DNA of 64,000 nt from Rebecca billardiae RCC1528 (Eukaryota > Protista > Haptophyta), in the NCBI GenBank assembly GCA_965240325.2, contig OZ251241.1, forward strand, positions 248,001 to 312,000, in the 5' to 3' direction. Of this stretch, positions 36,811 through 48,813 are shown in pieces. The position numbers and the translations under genes are program-made. The notes under the pieces were generated by a model. It saw only the letters and a list, made by a program, of their open reading frames with translations. It was not told where the DNA came from and ran no database searches. Within the stretch, counting starts at the first letter, position 1. Each line of letters begins with the position of its first letter.

Positions 36811-37351
36811 ATGGCACCCGACGACGACAGGGCCGAGCGCAAGCATCGCAAGGAGAAGAAGCGCGCGCGCGAGAAGGCGCACGAGCATCAGGGCGGCGCG
36901 GCGCCCCCCGCAGGCGTCGACGAGCGGCCATCCTCCGCGCGCGGCGCGCCCGAGCCGCAGGAGATGTGGCAGGTGCGGCTGCGCGGCCTGCCGTTCAGCG
37001 CAACGGCGGAGGACGTGCGCGCATTCCTTGAGCCCAAGCTGCACATGGCGGACGCGGCGATCCTCGTGGCGAAGAAGAACGTCAAGGTATCGCGCCTCAA
37101 GCCAGGCGAGCTGCGCCCGGGCGAGGCCACCGTGAGCCTGCGCACGACGCGCTCCGCGGCCATGCGCGCAGCTGAGCTGAACAAGGCGGAGCTGAGCGGC
37201 CGCTGGATCGAGGTCGAGGTGGCCGAGGCGGCGGAGGCGGCGTCCGTGATGCCACCGGCGCGCTCGGCTGGGCCACGGGCGCATGGCGTGGACGGCGCGG
37301 CCCCAGGCCGGCATGGCGGTGCGGCCAGCGGCGCGGCCAGTGGCGGCGGCA

Positions 37352-37386
<35 letters not shown>

Positions 37387-38796
37387 CAGGACGCAGACGA
37401 CGACGGCAGCAACGAGATCTTCATCAAGTACCTGCCGCCATGGACGACGGAGGAGCAGCTGGCCGAGCTCTTCGCCGAGTGCGGCGAGATGACCGGCCCG
37501 CCGACGCTCATGAAGGACAGCGCCACCGGCAAGTGCAAGGGCGTCGGCTGGATCACGTTTGCGAGCGCGGCCGGGCGGCGCGCCGCGCTCGCGTGGAATG
37601 GGAGCGAGTTTGGAGGCCGCCACCTGGACATCAGCAAGGCGAAGGTGCGCCCGGGCGCGCCGAAGGGGACGGTGCAGGCGCCGGGCACGCACACGCCCGC
37701 GCTGCTCGCCGACGTGCTGCGCGAGCTCATCGTCGACCCGGACGGCGTGTACGTGGACGCCACGTTTGGGCGCGGCGGGCACACGCGCGCGATGCTGGCG
37801 CGGCTCTCGGCGCGCGGCCGGCTGCACGCGTTCGACCTGGACCCCGACGCGATCGCGGCAGGGCGCGCGCTCGAGGCGGCGGACCCGCGCTTCCGCATCC
37901 ACCACGCGCCGTTCAGCACGATGGCCTCCGCGCTCGCGCACGAGCCGCGCCTCAGCGGCGTGCTGATGGACATCGGCATCTCGTCGCCGCAGCTCGACGA
38001 GGCGGCGCGCGGCTTCCGGCCCGAGCAGGACGGCCCGCTCGACCTGCGCTTCGACCTGCACAGCGGCGTGCCCGCGTGGCAGTTCCTGCGCACGGTGCCG
38101 CGCGACGAGCTCGTGCGCATCCTGCGCAGCTACGGCGAGGAGGACCGCATCGCCGCGCGGCGCATCGCCGACGCGATCGTGCTCGCGCGCGACGCGGGCA
38201 CGCTGCCCACGCGCACGCGCGACTTTGCAGAGCTGGTCCGCCGCACCAAGGGGCGCGAGTACCAGGCGATGCACCCGGCCAAGCCGACGTTCCAGGCGCT
38301 CCGCATCCACCTCAACGACGAGCTCGGCGAGCTGCGCCGCGGCCTCGGCGCCGCGCTCGAGGTGCTGCGCGAGGGCGCGCGCGTGGGCGTGATCTCGTGG
38401 AAGCACCTCGAGTGCCGCGCGCTCGTCGACTTTGTGCGCATGCACGAGCTCGCGCGCGAGGAGCTGCCGCTGCTGCAGTGGGCGCGCGGCGCGCACGCCG
38501 AGGCGGTGCGCGCGCTGCCCACGCGCGCGGCCGTGGTGATGGACGAGCCCGTGCGGCCGAGCGCCGAGGAGCTGCGCGTCAACTCGCGCGCGCGCTCGGC
38601 GGTGCTGCACCTGCTGCGCCGCCAGTCGGGCGTGCGCGTCGCCGAGCTCGAGCGCACGCTGTACCCGCTGTGCGGCTGGGGCGAGCTCCCGGCGCACGAC
38701 GAGGCGGAGGGCGGCGAAGGCCATGGCGTGGCACCGCGTCAGGCTGAGGACGGGAGGAAGAAGAAGAAGTCCAAGAAGGTGGCGGCTCCCGGCTGA
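36811..38796 (+). CDS. rsmH: Fusion of two RRM domains with an RsmH/MraW (METTL15-family) cytosine-N4 RNA methyltransferase, intronless
   Basis: RRM1 VRLRGLPFSAT; RRM2 IFIKYLP...KGVGWITF. RsmH: YVDATFGRGGH, DIGISSPQLD, DGPLDLRFD, HPAKPTFQALRI, NSRARSA. Confidence 0.9.
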
Positions 38797-39089
38797 CGAG
38801 CATGCTGCGAATCTGGACCGTGTGTGACAGACGGGCTCATCGGCTGGTCAGTGCACGACTGAGCAGTGAGCTGCTGTCTGCGACTCACCGCGACGACCGG
38901 ACGGCCGTGACTGACGTCCGGCACCGTGACTGGCAGGCGCCCCGCCCCGCCAACGATGAATGATGAGCGCGGAAAAAAGTCGTCGTCGTCTCCGGGCGGC
39001 GCGCGAAGATAGTGATCTGCTGCGGGCCAAAACGCAAAAATACGTGCGAGGAATCATAGCTGTTGTGCCAAAACGCAAAATGCAAAACA

Positions 39090-39162
39090 GGGGACAGCCG
39101 AGACTCGAACTCGGGACCTGCTGTACCCGAAACAGCAATCATACCACCTAGACCACTATCCC
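39090..39162 (-). tRNA. tRNA-Pro(CGG)
   Basis: GGGATAG/CTGTCCC acceptor stem, D arm TGGTCTAGGTGGTATGA, anticodon stem GCTGT/ACAGC with loop TTCGGGT, T arm CCGAG-TTCGAGT-CTCGG. T4 tracts lie downstream. Confidence 0.95.
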
Positions 39163-40081
39163 AAGTCTTTTTTACTCAGTGTTCGAAAACGCGTATAAGT
39201 ACATGTGGTAGTAAAAAGTGACCGGTGGGCGAGGGACATGCTGTACAGTAGCTGACTTGTAACCGAGCACGAGCATGAGCTCTACGAGGCGAGGCAGAAG
39301 CGGTGTGGGTGCTTTATGGTGGGCGTAAGAGCGTACGACCTACCCGTGCGCCGCCCATGGCGTGACTATCATAGCTACCCGACGGCGAGGACGGACTGGT
39401 CACTCACCGTGGGTGTGCGCCGGCCGCACCGGCAAGGCGGCGCTCCCGAACCGCAACTGAGAGGATTCCGCGACCTTTCCGACTGAAAGGAAGCCAGGGC
39501 GAAGCGGTTTGGGTAGGGGTATCCGCCGAAGCGCATCGATGCCTCGAGAAGGATGAGTCATCTATTCTTTGGTGGGCACAGTTACATGAGGAGGATTCTG
39601 GAACGATGCAATTGTCGGCAACGTCAAAGGCATATATTGGCAGGGTCTGATCTCTGATCCATCTTCAATCTGGCTTGTGCGAATTTAACCTGAGCACCGA
39701 GATTGTGTTCTCGAAACCTACTATATATTGGCAATACAAAGAATAGTTGATATATATATATATATCACGCGCATATGATTACTTTTGTGGGAGAAATCTA
39801 TATACGTTAATATATAGTTTTTAGGGTACTAATGTATTTGACGATCATTGATTATCGAGCATATTCAGTTCGAACCGGTGCGAAATGCTTCCCGATGTTT
39901 GTGAGAACATTGCCATCAAGTAAAAAGGTAAGTAAGTACCTGCCGGTAGGTAGTTGATGACCACAACTTCGCAAACATCACACGCGCAATCTGACCAACC
40001 TGGTCCCGCCGCTCGGGACGTCCCGCATTCCCACCCAGCAAGCCGGCCTGCGTTCGGGCCGTACACCCTCCCAGTGACACG

Positions 40082-42943
40082 ATGCTCGCGTCGCGAGCGT
40101 CGGAGCGCACGAACATTGATCTGCGCGCGCCCTCAGAGGACGCGACCGAAGACCTCGAGACCGCCTTCTCGTCCAGCAGCTTCACGCCCGACAGCGATGA
40201 CGGGCTGTGGGACATGCAGCTGCCGCACGACTTCGACCAGGACATCGAGACCCTGCCCGCGCTGAAGCGCACGTGGCGGGGCGCGTTCGTTGACATCGTC
40301 ATCGAGCGCGCCTACCGCTACGACGTGTTCCTGCCCAACCTCGGCTCGAGCATGAGCCGTGTCTTCTATGTGACCGCGATCTTCAACGCGCTCACGTTCA
40401 TCCCGCTCACGTTCGATACGAGCTTCGCCGACCCGACGTGGGCGACGGGGTGGGTTGCAAACCTCGTCATCATGAGCACGCTCATCGGCTTCGGCCAGTG
40501 CTTCCGCTCCAAGACCTTCTGCCACGTGCCCATGCGCCTGATGGAGCCGGTCGCGACCGCGCTGCTGATCGTGCTCGCGCTCTTCCTGCGCTGGCACCAG
40601 CTGCTCGTGCCCTCGGTCGCATGCGCGTCGAACTCGACGCTGATGCTCCGGCTCGGCGCGTTCATGGTGTTCGTCTCCGCCTTTGTCAACCTCACCGTCC
40701 CCGCCTTCCTCACCGTCGCCGTCGTCTCCGTCTCGCTCGCCGCCGCGCTCGACATGTCCTTCCCCGACGCGGCGGGCTGGTGCCCGCTCAACCTGGCCAA
40801 CCTGTGCCTGCTCGCGGTGGGCGCGACGGTGTGCCGGTACCACCTGGCCGACTCGTCGCGTGCGGCGTGGGCCTTCAAGCGCTCCGTCATCACCGCGCAG
40901 CACGCGCGCAAGACCACGCTCGTCGAGTTTGAGCGCGCGCGCGCCGAGCGGTACCGCGAGCAGCGCAGAGAGCGGGTGCGCGCGCGCCGCGGCGGCGCGC
41001 ACCCTACGCAAAGACTCCGCCACCGCGCCCTAGGTTGCGCGCGCGCGCACGGTCTGAGAGGCGGGCGAGCGAGGCCGGCGAGGCACGCGGAGTCTCGGCT
41101 TGGCCTTCGCCGCCGCACCGTCGTGGCTCCACGCGCGCACCACCGCTCGCTCACGCTCGGCGCGCGCACTGCGCGCCCCTGCGCCGCCGCACCGCTCGCC
41201 CGCGCGCCGCCTCGCGCGCCGCGCGGCTCCGCAGGAGATGGCCAAGAAGGTGGAGCTGGCGGAGGAGGGCAAGGCGGCGCGCTCGCGCCTGATCCGCACG
41301 GTGATGCACGACCTGCGCTCGCCGCTGCTCTCCATCCTCAACGTGACCAAGATGCTCATCGGCCTCGACAGCGCGACCACGCTCGCCGAGAAGAACGTGA
41401 GCGAGGGCATCGACGCGCTGTGCGCGTGCACCACGCTCATGGAGTGCATCGTCTCCGACATGCTCGACTTCGAGCGGATCGACTCGGGGCGGCTCGTGCT
41501 GATGCACCGGCCGTTCACGCTGGCCAAGCTGCTCGGCGACACGTACGCCACCTTCGACGGGCTCGCCCGCGAGAAGGGCATCCGGCTGATCCACGCCGAG
41601 CTGGACGAGCAGCTCGCGCACACCGAGTACATGGGCGACAAGTGGCGGCTGCAGCAGTGCCTCAACAACGGCGTGTCCAACGCGCTCAAGTTCACCGACC
41701 GCGGCGGGCACGTGCAGTTCCGCGTGTGGCTCGCCGAGGAGAACGTGCCCACGCACGTCGGGCTGAGCCGCATTCACATCGCCATCGCCGACAGCGGCAT
41801 CGGCCTGTCGGCGAGCGAGCTGAAGGCGATCAACTCTGGCAAGGTGTTCACGCAGGTGGGGCGCGGCCAGCTGCAGGGGAAGGGCGGCACCGGCCTGGGC
41901 ATCTCGATCACGCAGTCGATCCTCGCGATGCACAACGACTCGGAGCTGGTCGTCAAGTCCGACGGCGAGGGCCAGGGCACCTCCTTCGAGATCACGCTCT
42001 ACCTCGAGGTCGCCGAGCCCGACAAGGTGCCCACGCAGAACGCGGTCGTCGCCGAGAGCGCGGACAAGTCGCTGCTGCAGCACGAGATGCGGCGCGAGGT
42101 GTCGCGCGCGAGCCCGAGCACGATCCGCATGCACTTCAAGGCCGCCGCCTCCGAGCAGGCGGACGTGGGCCAGCTCCTCGCCCTGCCGGACGAGGAGACG
42201 GCCGAGCTCACGCCCGCGGCGCTCGGCTTGCATCCGTCGCCGTCGGCCGAGCTCGAGCTGCCGCCCAGCTTCTGCTGCCTGCACGTGGAGGTGTGTCGCG
42301 CGCGCGCGGCCGCACGCGCACATGCGCACGCAGCGCGCCTGGCCGCGCGCCGCTGCCCAGCTGCTCGCGGCGCCTCGCGTGTGCCCCTGGCTCACACGCG
42401 CGTGCGCGCGCCCTCCGCTCCGCGCGTGCCGGCGGCGCTGCGCCGAGCAGGACGACACCTTCCTGCAGATGACGATGCCGCACGCCACGTTCATCCGCGC
42501 CGACTGCCGCTGGGAGACGGCGGACAACGGCGTGGTCGCGCTCGAGATGGTGGCCAACCGGCAGAACGCCGGGCTGCCGCCGTACGAGATCATCGTGATG
42601 GACAATCAGGTACGCGCGCGCGCGCGCCGCGTGGCGCGCTGACGTGGCGGCGGCGCTCAGCCCTCGTGTGCCCTCTCTCTCCCTCGCGCGCGCGTGCGTG
42701 CAGATGCCGCGGATGAACGGCTGCGCGACCGTGCGCGAGCTGCGTGCGCGCGGGTACACCGGCATCATCATCGGCATGACGGGCGACCCGATCGGCTCGC
42801 CCGAGCGCGGCGAGTTCGAGGCGGCGGGGCTGAGCGCGTGCGTCGAGAAGGACACCTCCGGCACCGACTACATCGTGCAGGTGATCCGCTCGTTCCGGCG
42901 GCCACCGAAGAGTTGCATCAGCTTCGGCGGCGCGGCCGGTTGA
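40082..42943 (+). CDS. Membrane-bound hybrid histidine kinase (about 6 TM, HisKA, HATPase, receiver); introns 40976-41234, 42291-42450, 42610-42703
   Basis: H box VMHDLRSPL, N box NALKFT, G boxes DSGIG and GTGLG, receiver VE|DD...MDNQ|MPRMNG...K. Confidence 0.92.
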
Positions 42944-43176
42944 CCGCGGCCGCGTGGCCGCGTCGGACCGCGCGCGCGATAGAAGCCGATATTGTTGCGA
43001 TCAGTGTCATCGTCATCAGCGGAAATGATTCTGATCGGCCGCAGCAGTGCCGTGTCGGACGTGCCGACTAGCTCAAGCTGTGCGGATGCGCCAGCCCCCG
43101 CGCGCGTCACTTGTCGTCTAGATATCGTCGTCGTCTTTTTTTTTTTACTCACGCTCATACAGAGTATCGGCCAGCA

Positions 43177-44892
43177 ATGGCTGCATCAACGCCCGTCCGC
43201 GTGCGCCGGCATCTTTGCCATGCTGCCCAGGCGCTTGCGATGCTCGCGCTCCTGGGCACATTTGCTTTCTGGGGCGAGCGAAGAGCCCGCGCGCGAAGCC
43301 GCGACTCCCGCATGGCCGAGCTCGTCGCCGATCTCTTCGTTGTTGGACGGGCCGTGCCCGCAGCCTCGATGCCGTCGGGGCCGGCCGGCATCGAGCACGT
43401 CGAAGACCAAGCGACGGGAGCGGACGCTTGGATTGCGCGTGGGCATCGGCTGTGCACACTACGCGATCACCTGGACGCGTGGTTGGTCGTGGGTGAGCGG
43501 CCAGCGCACATGCCCGCGACGCTCGGCCTCAAGTCGCACCTGTGGCGCTGCGACGCGAGTGGCGCTGCGGACAGCTGGGCGGAGCTGCGGCTGCCCAACA
43601 CCGAGGCCGTGCGCACTGCCAGGCTTGACCCGACCCCTACACCGCCTCGGCTGCGCACGCGCGAGCTCTCGTGTGCTCTCGCCGAGCCCCCCCTCGCCCA
43701 GCGCACCGCACTGCTGGCAGGCACCGTGCATGTCTCGGGTCTGACGCCCGCCTTCTTCCACGAGTGGGACCAGGCCTTCGACTGGCTGGTTGTGCGCAAC
43801 GCCACGGCGCGCAGGGCCGGTGGCGCCGCGCCGGAGCAGGCGCTCCTCCTTGTCAACGACGCGCCGGCGCCCAGCATCGCTGCGCGCGGTCGGGCGTGCG
43901 TCGGCGCGCACCGCGGCAGGGGCTGCCTGCCCGCGCGCCTTGCTGCCGCCCTGGGAGAGCCCTTCCTCACGTCGCGGGACCTGTTCGCCGGGCTGGACGC
44001 GCTCGTGGCCCCGGGGAGCGCGCCAATCGACGCGGCGTGCTTCGAGACGGCGATCTTCTGGGAGGTGCGCCGCACCGCGCGCAGGCGCGAAGGCGCACTG
44101 CTCGCGCGAGAGGCCATGTACCGGGCCTTCCTGCACGGCCACATGGCCTCGGCCATGGCGGCGAGTGCGGCAGAGGTGGACGGGCGGAGTGCCGCGCAGC
44201 TCGATGTGGTTCTCTCGACGCGGCCGCTCGGGAGCGGGGGCGCGGCGAACGACCTGGAGGTGCTCGACGCGCTGCGCACCGCGACGGCCGGCGCGGGATT
44301 CCGGCGCGTGAGACGGCTCCAGCTGGGCGAGATGGAGCTGGAGGCGCAGGTGCGCGCCATGGCGTCGGCAGCGATCGTCGTCGGCGCGCACGGCGCTGGG
44401 CTCACGCACCTCAACTGGCAGCCGGCCGGCGCGTGCGTGATCGAGGTGTTCCCCGAGTGCGTGTACGACAGCTGCTATCGCTTGTGGTCCTCGCGCCGCG
44501 GAGACCTGCACTACTTCGGCCTGCTCAACGGCTCGCGCATGGCGTCGCCGGATCCAAGCGCGCACGCGGCAGTCGCACCATTCCGCGCGGACGTGTGCGC
44601 CAAGCTGCCGACGGACACGATGCAGACCATCTCCAAGCGCTTCGCACGCAAGTGCCGCTTCGCGAAGGGCTGCTGGGGTCCGTTCCGAAAGCCGCCACAG
44701 CGCATCCGCGTGCGCGCAGTCGTTGAGGCCGTGCGCGAGTGCCTGAGGATGCGCGGAGCCGGCTCGTCGGGGGATGCTCGCGCCGCTGCTTCGTCGTCAT
44801 CGTCTACTGCTGATGCGTCGTCGCAGACGATGATCCTTGCGTCGGACTTCGACGACGATGTCGATGGCAGCAGGGCCATCCACGTCAAGTGA
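43177..44892 (+). CDS. Glycosyltransferase family 61 protein (type II membrane), intronless
   Basis: N-terminal TM anchor and QVRAMASAAIVVGAHGAGLTH...VIEVFP. Confidence 0.85.
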   Translation: MAASTPVRVRRHLCHAAQALAMLALLGTFAFWGERRARARSRDSRMAELVADLFVVGRAVPAASMPSGPAGIEHVEDQATGADAWIARGHRLCTLRDHLDAWLVVGERPAHMPATLGLKSHLWRCDASGAADSWAELRLPNTEAVRTARLDPTPTPPRLRTRELSCALAEPPLAQRTALLAGTVHVSGLTPAFFHEWDQAFDWLVVRNATARRAGGAAPEQALLLVNDAPAPSIAARGRACVGAHRGRGCLPARLAAALGEPFLTSRDLFAGLDALVAPGSAPIDAACFETAIFWEVRRTARRREGALLAREAMYRAFLHGHMASAMAASAAEVDGRSAAQLDVVLSTRPLGSGGAANDLEVLDALRTATAGAGFRRVRRLQLGEMELEAQVRAMASAAIVVGAHGAGLTHLNWQPAGACVIEVFPECVYDSCYRLWSSRRGDLHYFGLLNGSRMASPDPSAHAAVAPFRADVCAKLPTDTMQTISKRFARKCRFAKGCWGPFRKPPQRIRVRAVVEAVRECLRMRGAGSSGDARAAASSSSSTADASSQTMILASDFDDDVDGSRAIHVK

Positions 44893-45411
44893 TGGCGAGT
44901 GACGAGCCCGACCTGCGCCCGGATATGTCCGACACGGACTCGCAGTGGATCGGTCGACTACGTGTCGTCGTCTGGTCAGTCTGGTCTGACAGTCGGACAG
45001 ACGACGACGTCATCGCCATCGCCATGCCCATCGTGGCCATCGCCATCGCTATCGCCATCGGCGTCGGACTGATCATCGTCACTACTATCGTCCGAGTGAC
45101 AGTGACGATGATCGTCGCGATAGATCGGACGATGATCAATATGCCGCCATATCATTTTGAGGCGGCGGCTGACAGAGCCGTCCCCGAGTCGAAAGCGCCG
45201 GCGCACTTTCAGACAGTTGACCCGGGCCGCACCCGCGCACCGGACCCGGTGTGCAGCCGTCTGCCACCGCAGTCGGTGGGACTCGTGACGAGAAGGCACG
45301 CCCGCCAGACGACGCCCTCGTCCCGCTGCAGCGCACGACAGCAGCACGTGGCCTTGCGCCGTCACAGCATGGACGTGCGCAGTCGCTGACGCGCGCTCGT
45401 CGTCTCAGTGA

Positions 45412-46320
45412 TCAGTGGGTGCGGGCGCGGGCGTCCGCCGGAAAGGGCATGCCGAGGAGGCAGGCAAAGCGCTGGAGGGAGGGCGAATCGCCCTCGCTGT
45501 CCGAGCCAGAGCTGCCGGCGGCGTCCGCAAAGGCGCCGGGCTGCGGCTTGAAGGCGGGCGTGGCGGCTGCGTGTCCAGCCACGCCGCCGAGCAGCGCGTC
45601 CAGCCGACCGCCGCTGTGCGCGCCAGGGGTGGGCGCTGCATAGGACAGGGCGCTCTCGGGCGAGCAGGTGGACATCGAGGCGGACGATGCACACGTGGTC
45701 GGCGACGCACCATTCACCGCCGGAGACAGCACCTGCGCCGCCGCGCCGTGCGCAACGGGCGAGCCCACAGGCAGCGCCACCGGAGGCCCAGCTGCAGCCC
45801 CGAGCTCGCGCAGCGCGTGCTGACGGCGCTCGATGAGGCGCTCGGCCTGGCGAGCCTCGCGCTCGAGGTGGGCGAGCTTCGAGTGCAACGCGGCGACCTC
45901 CATCTCCTTCTCCGCGATCGCGTGCTGCGCGTTGCGCGTATCCAGATCGAGCTCGCCAAAGCGCTGGTCAACATGCGTGCCATGCGTAGGAGGGATAGCG
46001 CGCGCGCCCGTGGGCGCCGGCTCGTGCAGCGGCGAGCAGCGCCGCGAGATGGCTCGCGCGACGAGGAGTGCCAGCGCAAACGTGCACAGCACGGCGGCAG
46101 CCAAGCCCGAGAGCGCGCAAACGAGCTCAGCGCCACGCAGGTGCGTGAGACGGCCGGAATAAGCGTCGACGCTCACCGCGATGGTGAGGTGGCCGCCGAA
46201 CGCCTCGAGGTTGAGCAGCTCCGTCTCGAGGACGGTGTCGATGACCGACATGCAGGAGCTGATGTACCACGACGCCGCAGCGCCGCCGACGGCTCCAGCC
46301 GGTGCTACCATCCTGCCCAT
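45412..46320 (-). CDS. Hypothetical protein with a TM helix and coiled coil
   Basis: Long ORF with LVCALSGLAAAVLCTFALALLV and heptads IAEKEMEVAALHSKLAHLEREA. Confidence 0.55.
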   Translation of the reverse strand: MGRMVAPAGAVGGAAASWYISSCMSVIDTVLETELLNLEAFGGHLTIAVSVDAYSGRLTHLRGAELVCALSGLAAAVLCTFALALLVARAISRRCSPLHEPAPTGARAIPPTHGTHVDQRFGELDLDTRNAQHAIAEKEMEVAALHSKLAHLEREARQAERLIERRQHALRELGAAAGPPVALPVGSPVAHGAAAQVLSPAVNGASPTTCASSASMSTCSPESALSYAAPTPGAHSGGRLDALLGGVAGHAAATPAFKPQPGAFADAAGSSGSDSEGDSPSLQRFACLLGMPFPADARARTH

Positions 46321-46563
46321 GCGCGGGAGCTGCGCCTCGCTGGCTAGCAGGCGACGCCCGCTGGGCTGGTCGAGGAAGTCAGGCTCCGGTTTGAGTCGGT
46401 TTGACCTGGTTTGACACGGCACGATTTTCATTTCGAATGATGGCCGCAAGGACTTCGACGAAACGCACTGGCTCCCTCTCCAGCGATCTCCTCCGCCGAC
46501 GGATGCACAGCTCACGAGCTGGCCGAGTCACGGCGCTGAGCGCTCGCACTCGCACGTGGAGTA

Positions 46564-47166
46564 ATGCGTCGTGCACGGCTCGGCGCCGTCCCACGTCCGA
46601 TCATCATGACGGGCGAGCCGATTCTCCGCGCCCGAGCGCGGCCCATCGGCGACGTGCGCGCCCCCGCCACGCGTCGCCTCATCGAGCAGCTCGTCGCCAC
46701 GATGGATGCGCACGATGGCCTTGGGCTTTGTGCGCCGCAGATCGGCGAGTCCAAGCGCGTTTTCGTGGCTCGTGACCTGCACAACCGGCTGGCAGATGCC
46801 GAGAAGCGTGCTCCGTTCCTCGGTGAGGTGCACCGCGCCCGCCTCGTCGGCGAGCGGCCCACCGTGGTGATCAACCCGACGGTGGTGAGCTCCTCGGATG
46901 AGGAGGAGGACGACTGGGAGGCGTGCCTGTCTATCGGCGCAAGCCTGCACGGCCTGGTCCGCCGCCCCGCACGAATCAATGTTCGCTATACCACTGAGAC
47001 CGGCGAGACGCGCGAAGACGCGCTCGAGGGCTACGGCGCGCGCACGTTTCTGCACGAGCTCGACCACCTGGACGGAGTGCTCTTCCTTGACCGGTTGCTC
47101 AGCGGTGCGGGCGGGCTCGTGCACGAGAGCGCGCTGGGGCACCACATGCGCGACGAGGAGGACTAG
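46564..47166 (+). CDS. def: Peptide deformylase
   Basis: All three PDF motifs are present: GLGLCAPQIG, EACLS, HELDHLDG. Confidence 0.92.
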   Translation: MRRARLGAVPRPIIMTGEPILRARARPIGDVRAPATRRLIEQLVATMDAHDGLGLCAPQIGESKRVFVARDLHNRLADAEKRAPFLGEVHRARLVGERPTVVINPTVVSSSDEEEDDWEACLSIGASLHGLVRRPARINVRYTTETGETREDALEGYGARTFLHELDHLDGVLFLDRLLSGAGGLVHESALGHHMRDEED

Positions 47167-47462
47167 CACAGTCTTGCCACGCAGATATCTGCGTGCAGTC
47201 TCGCCGAGCGGGCACTATTCAGTCACCGTGACAGCACGAGATCATGCTTCGAGCGTCACCACCATTCACACCGGCCGGGGCGGGCGCGGCCGGCCCGCCA
47301 TGCTGATCGCGCGAGCGCTGCCGGAAGAAATGTAACTATGAAAGTCCGCAAACAGAAAACATCATCAGAAAAACAGCCTGGCAAGGCAGCCTGCTTGCTA
47401 CTTGCTGCGCGCGCTGCGCAGGCGTGTGCCGAGGCGCAGGGTGTCGATCGGCATTCGAGCCG

Positions 47463-48782
47463 ATGCAGGCCGATGCTGGCGACATGGCAGCCAACCTGCT
47501 GCTCGCCGCGCAGGAGGGCGACGAGCGTGGCGTGCGCGCGATCCTGGAGGGCTTCGGTCCAGACGCTGCGCGCCTGATCGACCACGCCGTGACGGACGAG
47601 GGCTGGCGCGCGCTCGACCTCGCGTGCGAGCGAGGCCACGCGGACGTCGTCAGCGTGCTCCTGGATCGCGGCGCCAGCCCGCAGCTCGTGGGCCCGAACG
47701 GCTTTACGCCGCTGATGTGGGCATGCCGAGGTGGCCACTTTGACGTGCGCGCGCCCGCGCGCCGCCGCTTGCGCGCCCGCGCCACGCGTGCGTCGGCCTG
47801 GCGCAGCGACTCATCGCATGCCGCCGCCGCGCCTCGTGCTCTCCCTCCTGCCGGCGCGCGCGCGCGCCCGCTCCCGCGCGCGCAGATCGCCTCGCACCTC
47901 ATCTCCGATCGGCGCGTCGACGTCAACGCGGCCCACGCCAGCGGCGCGACCGCGCTCGCGATGGCGTGCGTGCAGGGCCATGCTGAGATTGTGCGCAGGC
48001 TGCACGCTGCGGGCGCGACGCTCAACTGCTCGACGCACCGGCACCGCTGGACGCCGCTGCACCTGGCGACGTTGTACGGGCAGGTGGAGGTCGTGCGCCT
48101 GCTGCTCTCGCTCGACGAGGCGCGCGAGCTCCTTGAGTGCCGCTCGGCGCACGGCACGACCGCGCTCCACATCGCGGCGGGGCGCTCGCTGCCCGGCGTG
48201 TTGCTGCTGCTGCTGCGGCATGGCGCGGACGTGCACGCGACGGACGGGAGCGGGCTCACGCCGTACGACGTGGCCGTGCACGCGGGCGCGACCAACACGG
48301 CGCAGCTTCTCGAGTCGTACGGCGGCGCGCAGGGCGGCCCGGCCGAGGGCGGCGCGGTGGATGGCACCGGCGCCGGGGTCGCCGCCTCCGCCATCGCCGG
48401 CGCGGGCGCGGGCGGCGGCCGAGGCGAGCACGAGGCGGAGGCGCGCGTCTCGTCGGCCATGGAGGAGCGCGGCACGGGCCCCGCCGCCGCGCTCGCCTCG
48501 CGCGGCCCGCCGCCGCCGCCTGCGCGGCCGGCGGCGTCGGCCGCTGCCTCGGGCGGCGCATGTGCAACAGGCTCGCACGCCGAGAGCGCGCCGCGCGCCG
48601 CGCCTGACCTGCTTGCGCAGGGCGGCACGCGCCGGGGTGGTGGCGAGGGCGCGCAGCCACTCGCGCCGTGGGCGGAGGCGGCGCGCGCTCGGGCCGTAGC
48701 CGCCGAGGCGGAGGCCGCCGCTGCCGCCGGCTCGGCGCAGCTCGGCGGGCGCCCGGCGAGCGCCGAGGCGCGCGAGCGCGCC

Positions 48783-48813
<31 letters not shown>

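Noticed and set aside
39240-39560. Possible structured ncRNA upstream of the tRNA (several hairpins)
   Set aside because: No recognisable SRP, RNase P/MRP, snRNA or telomerase motifs; hairpins are expected at this GC content.
44889-45389. Hydrophobic ORF (IAIAMPIVAIAIAI)
   Set aside because: Arises from low-complexity ATC/GCC repeats in an intergenic/UTR region; no family motif
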